Notes: generated by a model from the letters alone, not told the origin. A stretch of 64,000 nucleotides of DNA from an uncultured Citrobacter sp. (GCA_964395095.1 CAYMZZ010000003.1:195601-259600), one strand, 5' to 3'. Shown: positions 1-8,558, numbered from the stretch's first letter. Numbers and translations are program-made.

Positions 1-452
1 TCGGGGATATTTTGTTCATAAGGCCGGTTGCGCTTGCGGATATTGGCCTGCAATCGGGTAACCGGCGCATGCAGGTATATCAGGATATCCGGTTTCACCA
101 GTTGCTGATGAATGATATCAAATAACCGTTGATACAATCGAAATTCATCCGTAGGCAGGTTTACCTTGGCAAAGAGCAGGCATTTGGTAAACAGGTAATC
201 GGAAATGGTGACCTGCTGAAACATATCGCGTTGCTGCAATAAATCTTTCAACTGCTTGTAGCGCTCGGCCATGAAGAACAATTCGAGAGGAAATGCGAAC
301 TGTTGCGGGTTTTCATAGAATTTGGGTAGAAAGGGGTTGTCGGCAAACTCTTCCAGGATCAGCCGGGCCTCGTAATGCCTGCTCAGCAATTGCGCCAGGG
401 TGGTTTTGCCCGCGCCAATATTGCCTTCTATGGTAATGAATGGATAGTTCAT
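1..452 (-). CDS. deoxynucleoside kinase family protein (C-terminal part runs off the left edge)
   Basis: My own minus-strand translation from the ATG at 452 gives MNYPFITIEGNIGAGKTTLAQLLSRHYEARLILEEFADNPFLPKFY... It has the P-loop GNIGAGKT and later DILIYLHAP, as in the dNK/dGK family. It is absent from the ORF track because it is open at the window edge. Confidence 0.75.
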   Translation of the reverse strand, partial: MNYPFITIEGNIGAGKTTLAQLLSRHYEARLILEEFADNPFLPKFYENPQQFAFPLELFFMAERYKQLKDLLQQRDMFQQVTISDYLFTKCLLFAKVNLPTDEFRLYQRLFDIIHQQLVKPDILIYLHAPVTRLQANIRKRNRPYEQNIP

Positions 453-498
453 AAAAATTGCCCTGGGGCAGGCTGCAAAATAAAGGAATCGCCCGCAG

Positions 499-984
499 TT
501 AATCTGCTCCAGTCCATTTAGCAACAGGCAAAGGGTCGGAGCAGTTGATCAGAAGTTCGGCAATTGTTTGACCCAAGATGGGATGAACCTGTTCAGGGGC
601 TATTTCATTCAGGGGAACCAGCGCAAATCTTCGATTAGGGAGCTGGGGATGGGGAAGCTGGAGCAGGGGATAATCGTGCACTTCCTCCCCATAAAGCAGG
701 ATATCAATATCAATAACCCGCGGACCATATTTTTCTTCGCGCACCCGGCCCATTTTTTTTTCGATCCTGAGAATATGCCTTAGCAGTTGGCGGGCCGTGA
801 GTCCCGTTTCAATTTGGATCGCCTGGTTTAGAAAAGCCGGCTGGTCTTCTTTTCCCCAGGCGGCGGTGGCATAGAGCGAAGAAGCTTTAATGAGCCTGCC
901 ACATTCCTGCTCCAGCCAATCCCGGGCTGCCTGCAGCATGGCTTCCCTTTCGCCCATATTGCTGCCGGTAAGCAGGAATGCCAT
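499..984 (-). CDS. folK: 2-amino-4-hydroxy-6-hydroxymethyldihydropteridine diphosphokinase
   Basis: The track ORF is 499..1044. The HPPK-like sequence starts at the internal Met: MAFLLTGSNMGEREAMLQ...LYATAAWG...PRVIDIDILLYG...LQLPHPQLPNRRFALVPLNEI. The start at 984 is preferred; 1044 remains possible. Confidence 0.85.
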   Translation of the reverse strand: MAFLLTGSNMGEREAMLQAARDWLEQECGRLIKASSLYATAAWGKEDQPAFLNQAIQIETGLTARQLLRHILRIEKKMGRVREEKYGPRVIDIDILLYGEEVHDYPLLQLPHPQLPNRRFALVPLNEIAPEQVHPILGQTIAELLINCSDPLPVAKWTGAD

Positions 985-1202
985 TTGTTTTTTGCCGGAT
1001 CCGGGATTTTTATCTTTTTGTCTGTATGCCATACGGTTGATCAACAGGCTTCAAATAAAGTAATAATGCAGCGATCCGGCAAATTTGTGTCGGATCTGGC
1101 AGCAGGCTTAGGGTTCGGGTTGTACCGGCTATTCGCCACCCGTAAAATCGGCTGGGTATAAGCGGTTCAAACCCTTATTTTTGATTACTTCAACCCCGTA
1201 CT

Positions 1203-2963
1203 ATGCGTCAATTTTTCAAAATATTCGGGGCCTGTATGCTGGCCCTGGTCATTTTTACGCTGATTGTATTCTTTTTCTTCCTGGCCTGGGTGGGCAATAT
1301 TGCCTCGCAAGACAAGCCCCGGGTATTCCCTTCCTCGGTGCTGGTGATCAACCTGGCAGAAACATTTCCGGAGATGGGCCGTGAAGATCCTTTTCGGATT
1401 CTGCAGGGAGAAGAGCCTCAGGTGCCTTCACTCTACGATGCCATCCGGCTGATCAGGCATGCTGCCAACGACAAGAGGGTGGAAGGTATTCTGCTGCAGG
1501 CTAACGGCAATGGAAATGGCTATGCGGCTTCATCTGAATTGCGAGCCGCCTTGTCCGACTTCAAAGCTTCCGGCAAATTCATTCTGGCGCATGCCGATAT
1601 TATGCCCCAGGGGGCTTATGATATCGCCAGCGTGGCCAACCAGGTTTATTTGCATCCAAAAGGTTTCATGCAGTGGTCGGGCTATCATGTTACCTATGCT
1701 TTTTTCAAAGGGCTTTTGGATAAGCTCGAAATTGAACCCCAGATATTTTATGCCGGTAAGTTCAAGAGTGCCACGGAGCCATTTCGCACCGATCGGATGA
1801 CGGAGGAAAATCGCCTCCAAACCAGCGTGTGGCTCGAAGATCTGTATGGCGAATTTATTCAACGTATTGCCAATGCCCGCTCGGTGGATTCGGTGGAGCT
1901 GCGCAGGCTCGCGCAGGAAGGCTTGGTGCGCACGGCAACAGATGCCCTGAGCTATAAACTGGTGGATCAGTTGAAATATGATGATGAGGTGAAGGATGAG
2001 ATCAAGGACCGTTTGGGATTGGAAAAGTTTGAAAAGATCAATTTTGTCGGCTTTGGAACCTATATGGCGGCTACGAATTTGTCGCCGGGTCGTGGGGAAA
2101 AAATTGCGTTAATAGTGGCCGAGGGAAATATTGTGGATGGCAAAGGCGACCAGAGTTCAATTGGTGGCGACCGCTACAGGAGTTTGTTGCGAAAGGCCCG
2201 GCTCGATCAGTCGGTGAAGGCCATTGTCGTGCGCATCAACAGTGGGGGAGGTTCGGCCCTGGCCAGTGAAACCATCTGGCGGGAGATGTCGCTGGCGCGG
2301 GCGGAGAAGCCGGTAATTGTCAGTTTTGGCGATGTGGCGGCATCGGGTGGTTATTATATGGCCATGGCGGCGGATTCCATTTTCGCCCTGCCATCTACCA
2401 TCACGGGCTCCATTGGTGTATTTGGCATCTTGCCCAATATGGAAGGCTTTTTCAAAAATAAGCTGGGCATTAGTTTCGATGCGGTGCGTACAGCACCCAT
2501 GGCGGATGCCGGCGCTATTTACCGGCCATTAACCGAAGACGAAAAAAAGATGATGCAGGCTGGTGTAGACCTGGTATATGATCAGTTTAAGGCGCGGGTG
2601 GTCGATGGACGTAAGCTGGATTCCGCCTTTGTAGACAGCATCGCGCAGGGTCGGGTATGGACAGGCCACCGGGCGCTGGGCATTGGTCTTATCGACCGGT
2701 ATGGGGGTATAGCGGATGCCATTGCTTCCGCTGCTGCCATGGCGGAGCTGGAAACCTATCGGGTGGCCGTGTACCCCGAGCCACAGAATTTGATAGAGCA
2801 GATTTTTGGCAGTGCCGAGCCCATGAATTTCAGGGATCAGTTGAAGCAGGAGATGGGTACGGAAAACTTCCGGGTTTATGAGCAACTGATGCATATACGC
2901 GAATGGACGGGTGTGCAGGCGCGCTGGCCCTTTGTGCCACTGGCACGCAAGCCCGGGCTCTGA
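1203..2963 (+). CDS. sppA: signal peptide peptidase SppA, 67K type
   Basis: 586 aa with an N-terminal TM helix and two ClpP/SppA-like halves. The second half carries RINSGGGSALASE and GDVAASGGYYMAMAAD. Confidence 0.85.
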   Translation: MRQFFKIFGACMLALVIFTLIVFFFFLAWVGNIASQDKPRVFPSSVLVINLAETFPEMGREDPFRILQGEEPQVPSLYDAIRLIRHAANDKRVEGILLQANGNGNGYAASSELRAALSDFKASGKFILAHADIMPQGAYDIASVANQVYLHPKGFMQWSGYHVTYAFFKGLLDKLEIEPQIFYAGKFKSATEPFRTDRMTEENRLQTSVWLEDLYGEFIQRIANARSVDSVELRRLAQEGLVRTATDALSYKLVDQLKYDDEVKDEIKDRLGLEKFEKINFVGFGTYMAATNLSPGRGEKIALIVAEGNIVDGKGDQSSIGGDRYRSLLRKARLDQSVKAIVVRINSGGGSALASETIWREMSLARAEKPVIVSFGDVAASGGYYMAMAADSIFALPSTITGSIGVFGILPNMEGFFKNKLGISFDAVRTAPMADAGAIYRPLTEDEKKMMQAGVDLVYDQFKARVVDGRKLDSAFVDSIAQGRVWTGHRALGIGLIDRYGGIADAIASAAAMAELETYRVAVYPEPQNLIEQIFGSAEPMNFRDQLKQEMGTENFRVYEQLMHIREWTGVQARWPFVPLARKPGL

Positions 2964-3086
2964 TGACGCAAATATTTGAGGATGATGGAATTGTTAGAGA
3001 CTAATTTTTTGGGTTAATTAGCCGGTTCTCATTATTTTTGCCACCCGTTTGAAATTTGGCAAATGCCAGGCTTTAGACAATCAGCC

Positions 3087-3190
3087 GGTGAGGTGGATGA
3101 GTGGCTGAAATCAATCCCGACTGGTCGGGACTAAACCGTCGTACGACCTTAAAGTTGTTCCGCCGCGGCGGTCCGAATCCCTCCCTTCGA
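3087..3190 (+). pseudogene. degenerate tRNA-Ser-like copy (non-functional cloverleaf)
   Basis: The first 28 nt (ggtgaggtggatgagtggctgaaatcaa) and the variable-arm segment (ctaaaccgtcgtacgaccttaaagttgt) are identical to tRNA-Ser at 3251. The anticodon stem-loop is replaced by the hairpin tcccgactggtcggga. The T arm is altered, and the 3' end (ccttcga) cannot pair with the 5' acceptor strand. Confidence 0.55.
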
Positions 3191-3250
3191 AAATTTGGGT
3201 AGGCATTGAAAGTTCTTATATTTTGAGATTAGTTAAATAATTCAGCAATA

Positions 3251-3341
3251 GGTGAGGTGGATGAGTGGCTGAAATCAACGGTTTGCTAAACCGTCGTACG
3301 ACCTTAAAGTTGTACCGAGGGTTCGAATCCCTCCCTCACCG
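3251..3341 (+). tRNA. tRNA-Ser (anticodon GCU)
   Basis: Manual cloverleaf: acceptor ggtgagg/cctcacc, anticodon arm acggt-ttGCTaa-accgt, long variable arm, T loop ggttcgaatcc. No CCA is encoded. Confidence 0.9.
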
Positions 3342-3345
3342 CAAG

Positions 3346-3376
3346 ACCGCCCGGATAAAGCGTGGCGGTTTTTTTT
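3346..3376 (+). terminator. intrinsic terminator after tRNA-Ser
   Basis: Stem accgcc/ggcggt followed by a T8 run. Confidence 0.6.
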
Positions 3377-3450
3377 CGGGAAGTAGCGCAGGCCGGTAGC
3401 GCACCTGGTTTGGGACCAGGGGGTCGCAGGTTCGAATCCTGTCTTCCCGA
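3377..3450 (+). tRNA. tRNA-Pro (anticodon UGG)
   Basis: Manual cloverleaf of 74 nt: acceptor cgggaag/cttcccg, D stem gcgc/gcgc, anticodon arm cctgg-ttTGGga-ccagg, T arm gcagg-ttcgaat-cctgt. Confidence 0.9.
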
Positions 3451-3453
3451 CTT

Positions 3454-3485
3454 AAAAAGCGACTTTGTGTGAAGTCGCTTTTTTT
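3454..3485 (+). terminator. intrinsic terminator after tRNA-Pro
   Basis: Stem aagcgact/agtcgctt followed by a T run. Confidence 0.6.
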
Positions 3486-3510
3486 GTTGGTTATTGATGA
3501 AGTTTTTTAT

Positions 3511-3574
3511 GCCGGGTAGCGCATCCCGACTTGGGAGTCGGGAGGGTCGCAGGTTCGAATCCTGTCTTCCCGAC
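3511..3574 (+). pseudogene. 5'-truncated tRNA-Pro-like fragment
   Basis: The last 34 nt (gggtcgcaggttcgaatcctgtcttcccgac) are identical to the 3' part of tRNA-Pro, and the D-loop remnant ccgggtagcgca is present. The 5' acceptor strand and 5' D stem are missing. The anticodon arm is replaced by tcccgac-ttgggag-tcggga. Confidence 0.55.
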
Positions 3575-3583
3575 AATTTTAAG

Positions 3584-3614
3584 GTGGCTCTAAGAAATTA
3601 GGGCCACTTTTTTT
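3584..3614 (+). terminator. hairpin plus T run after the tRNA-Pro fragment
   Basis: gtggc...gccac followed by T7, ending directly at the GIY-YIG start codon. Confidence 0.45.
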
Positions 3615-3920
3615 ATGGCATATCACGTGTATATTTTACAAAGCCTGAAAGATTCAAAATATTACATAGGCTCTACATCTGATGTGGAAGCTCGATTAAG
3701 ATTCCATAATGCGGGATTGCAGCGTTCGACAAGGAATACGGTATTTTTTGGGCTCGCACTTACCGAAATTTTCAGACAAGGCTCCATCTTGAATCCGCAA
3801 GAAACAGCATTAGTTCTGAATGTCTATTCAAATAGAATATTCATATCAAAGTTGTTTTTGACCATTGAAGATGCATATGCGTTTGGAGCCAATCCAAATG
3901 TGCTGATCATCGTGAGGTAA
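3615..3920 (+). CDS. GIY-YIG nuclease family protein, probably frameshifted after residue ~42
   Basis: The N-terminus MAYHVYILQSLKDSKYYIGSTSDVEARLRFHNAGLQRSTRN is a clear GIY-YIG module. After the T6 run at 3744-3749 the family-like W..Y..F pattern (FWARTYRNF...) continues in another frame and stops at 3835. The in-frame tail looks random and overlaps the convergent ATPase gene. Confidence 0.6.
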   Translation: MAYHVYILQSLKDSKYYIGSTSDVEARLRFHNAGLQRSTRNTVFFGLALTEIFRQGSILNPQETALVLNVYSNRIFISKLFLTIEDAYAFGANPNVLIIVR

Positions 3921-5254
3921 ATTGCTTTCGTTGTTTTTGTTTGCTCTTTGAATATCCGTATTTTTTCCGCCAGCTCCTCTGCATACCCTTTTGTAATAGT
4001 AAATGGATGAATAGAGAATTTCATTTCACAAAGATTGATTATTCTGTCCCTGCGGTCAATCACTAGGTCTACCTGTGCTTTGTGAACTTTGTCCCGACTA
4101 ATCCATGATGAGGTCGCAGTTTGAATGGCAGATATACCCAAAGCTTTTTTTATTTGACTAATATGCTCCAAACAAATATGTTCAAAGGCATATCCACTCC
4201 ATGCTCTTTTCTGCGGGCTGTCAAGCTGGTTAATCCAATTGTTTTCATCCATCGTGCCCGAATTTTTTATCCACCGCAGGTAGAAAAGAGAGTAAGGGTC
4301 TGATAATTGGTAGAGACTTAGTTTTTCTTTTTTCCCATAGGACACATACTTACGGATGAAGTGGCTTTCTTCCAGTTCTTTCAAAATTCGAGTTGTGCCG
4401 CCGCCATTGGGCATTCCGGAAACCTCCAGCAGTTCATCCCGAGTAAGGCCCCTGCCTTTTTTGCTTAACGCTTCTATGATGGCAATATGCCTTTCAGCTT
4501 TTTGAAACAGGGAATGGTACAGGTTATCAAATTCACTCCTTAACAAACCATCCGTTGTGAAGCACAATCGGTCAATATTCTGATCTGCACTAAGGCCGGT
4601 GTCCACCTGGTCTAAATAGAAAGGTATTCCACCCATCACCATATATAGCAGAATAATCTGATAGCGGTCAAACCCTGCAGATTTTGCATTGAAAAACTCT
4701 TCACATTCATGTAATGTGAAGGGTTGAAGCCTTATGCGATGCGTGACCCTGTTGTGAAGTCCTCCTCTGTTATTGATTAATTTATTAATCATCCAGGCGG
4801 CCGCTGAACCACATACCACTAAAATGATATCGGTTCTTGCGCTTGCCCATGCATTCCAGAAGTGTTCCAGAGCAGGGATAAATCCTGACTGAGCAGTATC
4901 AAGCCAGGGAAGCTCGTCAAGGAAGACAAGCTTTTTTTTATCTTCACTTTTTTCCAGGCATTTAATTAACTGTTCAAACGCTTCCTGCCAGGTCTTTGCC
5001 GGAGGTTGCCCTTCTATGGATGCATCATATTTCCTTATGGCAATTGAAAAATTAGCAAGCTGCTGAGCTAAGTTCACATTTGCCATTCCTGTTAGATGGA
5101 ATGTGAATTGGTTCTCAAATGCCTTGCGAACCAGAAAGGTTTTACCCACTCGTCTTCTACCATACACCGCTACGAATGCCGATGCATCGCTAGCTATCAG
5201 GCCAGAAAGTATAGCCAATTCCTGTTTCCTTCCGATTAGCTGCTGCATATTCAT
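3824..5254 (-). CDS. AAA family ATPase (archaeal-type ATPase / DUF234-like ATP-binding protein)
   Basis: 476 aa with Walker A YGRRRVGKTF and Walker B LVFLDELPWLD. The C-terminal winged-helix-like and DUF234-like part includes CEMKF. Confidence 0.75.
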   Translation of the reverse strand: MNMQQLIGRKQELAILSGLIASDASAFVAVYGRRRVGKTFLVRKAFENQFTFHLTGMANVNLAQQLANFSIAIRKYDASIEGQPPAKTWQEAFEQLIKCLEKSEDKKKLVFLDELPWLDTAQSGFIPALEHFWNAWASARTDIILVVCGSAAAWMINKLINNRGGLHNRVTHRIRLQPFTLHECEEFFNAKSAGFDRYQIILLYMVMGGIPFYLDQVDTGLSADQNIDRLCFTTDGLLRSEFDNLYHSLFQKAERHIAIIEALSKKGRGLTRDELLEVSGMPNGGGTTRILKELEESHFIRKYVSYGKKEKLSLYQLSDPYSLFYLRWIKNSGTMDENNWINQLDSPQKRAWSGYAFEHICLEHISQIKKALGISAIQTATSSWISRDKVHKAQVDLVIDRRDRIINLCEMKFSIHPFTITKGYAEELAEKIRIFKEQTKTTKAIYLTMISTFGLAPNAYASSMVKNNFDMNILFE

Positions 5255-5523
5255 AAATTTGGCTGTAAGCTATAAAAAGTTATATTTATAGCCAAATTGA
5301 TGAATCTAACCCGCTTAAAGTCGAATATTTTCATCGTTTAAGCCAATTTGGCCATTGTAGTCAAATAAAAATGCATATGTTTTGAAGTGAGAGAAATAAC
5401 CTATTCGGCTATTTTCATTGATGAACCTCCCGGCAAAAAATTGCTTGATAATTAGTCGAATTGAATTATCTATTTCATATTCAACGCTTTAGCCTCAGTG
5501 TGAGTTTTTCCTTACCTTCATAA

Positions 5524-5590
5524 TGCTCTTATGAACGGGCAGCAACACAATTCGAGCAACCACTCCGAAGCTGTTTTGCGGCTTTCCAAT
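5524..5590. repeat. 67-bp direct repeat, copy 1 (identical to 13910..13976)
   Basis: tgctcttatgaacgggcagcaacacaattcgagcaaccactccgaagctgttttgcggctttccaat, compared base by base with copy 2. Confidence 0.95.
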
Positions 5591-5776
5591 GGGTACCGGA
5601 AGATCAGGGATTATGGTCGATCGGTCAGCATTCCAAATCGCATGTATTTAACCGGGCTTTTCTCCAAAATCAGCCTGCTGGTGAGCCAGATCGGCCAGGG
5701 TGGCGGCTTCGCGATGAAAGTGCATCCCGCAATAGGCTATCACTTTCTCATAATGCCAATTGGCTTTGTATACTAT

Positions 5777-6391
5777 CTATATAGTCCCGCTTTTTATCGC
5801 TTTTGCTATTAGCATGGCTGTATTGGCGGCGTCAAATTTTTCAATCAGGCTCTTTCGATGTGCATTTACTGTGGGAACACTGATAAAAAGCTTTGCTGCT
5901 ATTTCCGCATTGGTAAGCCCATCAGCAATGAGTAGCAACACTTCTTTTTCCCGTCGGGTGATTTCCGGAGTCCCATGCGCCGTTTCCAGAAGCGCTTGCC
6001 CCGCTTCAAAGCTCAAATAGTTTTTCCCCAGCCTTACGGTGGTAATGGCATGCATTATTTCTTGCTTGGTCGCATTTTTCAGTACATAGCCCATTGCTCC
6101 ATTATCCATCATATTACGAATAACGGGCTGTTGATTAAAGGTACTTAACCCAATAATGCTCACGGCTGGAAACTGTTCAATTACTTCCTTGCAGAGATCA
6201 ACACCGCTTTTGTCTGGAAGACTGATGTCCATGAAGATGATATCGGGCTGTTGATGCTTCAGGAAGGCCATACAGGAGGCGGCATTCATGGCATGTCCCA
6301 TCCATTCCATATTTTTTTCATTTTGCAACATGGAACGGATGCCTTCTATCACCAGGTAGTGATCGTCAACTATAAAAAGTTTCGTAATCAT
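5777..6391 (-). CDS. LuxR/NarL-family response regulator transcription factor
   Basis: Receiver domain (DDHYLV...IIFMDISLPDKSG) plus LuxR HTH (TRREKEVLLLIADGLTNAEIAAKLFISVPTVNAHRKSL). Its start overlaps the stop of the upstream kinase gene by 4 nt. Confidence 0.9.
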   Translation of the reverse strand: MITKLFIVDDHYLVIEGIRSMLQNEKNMEWMGHAMNAASCMAFLKHQQPDIIFMDISLPDKSGVDLCKEVIEQFPAVSIIGLSTFNQQPVIRNMMDNGAMGYVLKNATKQEIMHAITTVRLGKNYLSFEAGQALLETAHGTPEITRREKEVLLLIADGLTNAEIAAKLFISVPTVNAHRKSLIEKFDAANTAMLIAKAIKSGTI

Positions 6392-8406
6392 GAAATAGGG
6401 ATTTCTATCAACACGGAGGTTCCTTTATCCGGCTCTGAATTCAGGTCGATTTTCCCGTTTAGGAAATCAACCCGGTTTTGGATATTACTCCAGCCTATTC
6501 CTTGCGCATCTTGTAGCAGGTTGGTATCAAACCCGTTTCCATTATCCTCTACTGTTACCAACAGCATTCTTTCCTCATGCTGCGCATTTACCTGTACCAG
6601 TATCTTTTGGGCATTTGCATGCCTGATCGCATTGTGAACGAGTTCCTGGATAATGCGGTAAATCGTTACAGCCGTGGTTTGGTCGATGGTTATATTTTGC
6701 ATCCCAATTGACTGATAGGTTGTTTTCACCGCAGCGCTACGGTCTATTTCACTACAAAATGTCTTTAAGGCTACATTCAGCCCGTATTTCAGCAACATTT
6801 CGGGCATCATATTGTGAGCCACGCGGCGCATTTCCCTGATGGAACTGTCCAGCATGTCAATGCTGCGTTCAAAAGCCTGTGCATTGTCGGGCGTAAGTAT
6901 GAGATTTTCTTTCATATTTTGAAACGAGTACTTAATACCGCTTAACATGCCGCCCAGTCCATCGTGCAGGTCCTTCGCCAGGCGGGTACGCTCCTGCTCC
7001 TCTCCTTTGAGGATGGATTGGGTAGCTGTAAGCTGTTTTTCATTTTCCAGTTCTTCGATTTTTGCCTGTTGCAGTTTTTGCTTATGCCTGTAATTCCGAT
7101 GACCCAAGAAGGAGATAATGATTAGGGATATGGCACTACCCAAAAAGATGTAGTTGAGCGTATTCTTTTGACTGATTTGCTCTTGTTGCATGAGTATTTG
7201 CGAAAGCTTCTTGTGATTCTCATACTTTGCTTCCAGTTCTGAAAACTGTTTCGCCTTTTCACCGAGCATCAGGGAATCTTTTACATTAATAAGTTTTTCC
7301 GCATACTGTACTGCCTCCCTGTAATGCCCCAATTTGGCATTCAACTGGTACATGGCTTCAAAAAATCCTCTTTTTTCCGACAGATCCTGGCTGTTTTCAT
7401 AATAGGGTTGGGTTCTTTCCATATACTGGCGGGCTTCTTTATATTGCTGTTGCTGTATGGCAATAAGCCCCAGATGTTTATTGGCATGGGCAGTACCGGA
7501 AACCGAGTTGATTTTTTCAGCGAGTTGTAAACTTTTTTGTGCAAAAATTATGGAAGAGTCCATGTTTCCCAACAAAAAGAATTCTTCTGAAATGTTTTGA
7601 TAACAGCTTTGCACAGTCTCTCTGGTACCTTTACCTTTTTCCATTTGAGGAAGGAATGCCAGCCGTGTATATAGCGCTTTTTCTATAAAACCCTGCTCAT
7701 GAAAATTATCGGCTTTTTGCTGCATATAATAAGCCAGCGCATCAGCCGCCGCCGGGCTATCGTACTTTTTGTTTATGGCAATAGCTTTGTCTATATATTC
7801 CTCGGCTTTGGGCAGGTTTCCAAGTGAGTTAAATACAGCACTAAGATTGGAGGAGAGATCCGATTTTTTTCTATCCAGCAAATTTTCGGTCAGGTAGGGT
7901 GTTGCAAGCACCTGCGGATTATCAAAAGCATCCTGCGCTTCTGTATAATAATAGATGCAACTGTCATATTGCCCTGTATAATATTTTACATTACCTATAT
8001 TAATGCAAACGCCACCATACAAATACAGGTTCTTACTGCTTTTCGCATACTGCCTTGATAAATGATAATAATGCAAAGATTGCTCAGGATAACTAAAATA
8101 ATGATACCACAAACCCAAAAACCTGTAACTGTTGGCTATGCTGTACTCTTCTTGCAGTCTCAGACTTTTTTCAAGGGCCTCCTGGAGCAACTGACGGGAA
8201 AGCAAACTGTCAACTTCCAGCAAGTCATAGCCCAGGTTCATCAACTGGTTTACCTGCGCGGTGTCGAATGCTGTATTTCTGATCTGTTCTATTCTTTGTG
8301 TAACCGCCTGTTTGTTCCATAATAAGGATTCGTTCAGCTTTTGCGATTGCGTGTATGCAAAAAAGCAAAAACTGAAAAAGAACATCAGTATAAACTTTAT
8401 TCTCAT
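6388..8406 (-). CDS. TPR-repeat sensor histidine kinase (HisKA_3 / NarX-DegS type)
   Basis: 672 aa with a signal-like N-terminus, a long TPR-like region and a TM helix (IFLGSAISLIIISFLG). The H-box is LAKDLHDGLGGMLSG and the HATPase_c motifs are VEDNGNGF and GIGWSNIQNRV. Confidence 0.85.
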   Translation of the reverse strand: MRIKFILMFFFSFCFFAYTQSQKLNESLLWNKQAVTQRIEQIRNTAFDTAQVNQLMNLGYDLLEVDSLLSRQLLQEALEKSLRLQEEYSIANSYRFLGLWYHYFSYPEQSLHYYHLSRQYAKSSKNLYLYGGVCINIGNVKYYTGQYDSCIYYYTEAQDAFDNPQVLATPYLTENLLDRKKSDLSSNLSAVFNSLGNLPKAEEYIDKAIAINKKYDSPAAADALAYYMQQKADNFHEQGFIEKALYTRLAFLPQMEKGKGTRETVQSCYQNISEEFFLLGNMDSSIIFAQKSLQLAEKINSVSGTAHANKHLGLIAIQQQQYKEARQYMERTQPYYENSQDLSEKRGFFEAMYQLNAKLGHYREAVQYAEKLINVKDSLMLGEKAKQFSELEAKYENHKKLSQILMQQEQISQKNTLNYIFLGSAISLIIISFLGHRNYRHKQKLQQAKIEELENEKQLTATQSILKGEEQERTRLAKDLHDGLGGMLSGIKYSFQNMKENLILTPDNAQAFERSIDMLDSSIREMRRVAHNMMPEMLLKYGLNVALKTFCSEIDRSAAVKTTYQSIGMQNITIDQTTAVTIYRIIQELVHNAIRHANAQKILVQVNAQHEERMLLVTVEDNGNGFDTNLLQDAQGIGWSNIQNRVDFLNGKIDLNSEPDKGTSVLIEIPIS

Positions 8407-8558
8407 AAATCCAATAGCCTTTTCATATACAAAATGACAAACTTTCTACTACGCGCTACCCCCTCTTTTTTAATGATTTCGCCGACCTGAAAATCATCAT
8501 TTTTAACAATAAAGAACTTGACGGTTAGGATAGAAATTTGACATTAAAAATACTGAAA

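Noticed and set aside
3087-3190. Functional tRNA-Ser isoacceptor, tRNA-Sec, or intron-containing tRNA
   Set aside because: The acceptor ends do not pair (ggtgagg versus ccttcga) and the T stem has a mismatch. The replaced anticodon arm is a 6-bp stem with a 4-nt loop, so no anticodon can be presented.
3511-3574. tRNA-Pro variant with an enlarged (8-nt) anticodon loop acting as a +1 frameshift suppressor
   Set aside because: The loop c-tTGGga-g would resemble sufA/sufB-type suppressors. However, the copy lacks the 5' acceptor strand and the 5' D-stem strand, and no upstream sequence can pair with cttcccg, so it cannot form an aminoacylatable tRNA.
3304-3576. 90-aa minus-strand ORF across the tRNA cluster
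   Set aside because: It is composed of the reverse complements of the tRNA genes and their terminators. The repeated SGRQDSNLRP peptide is simply the tRNA-Pro T-arm read backwards.
5531-5812. 93-aa plus-strand ORF beginning inside the 67-bp repeat (MNGQQHNSSNHSEAVLRLSN...)
   Set aside because: The same N-terminus would be encoded at copy 2 but is not followed by an ORF there. The ORF overlaps the end of the LuxR gene in antisense and has no motifs.
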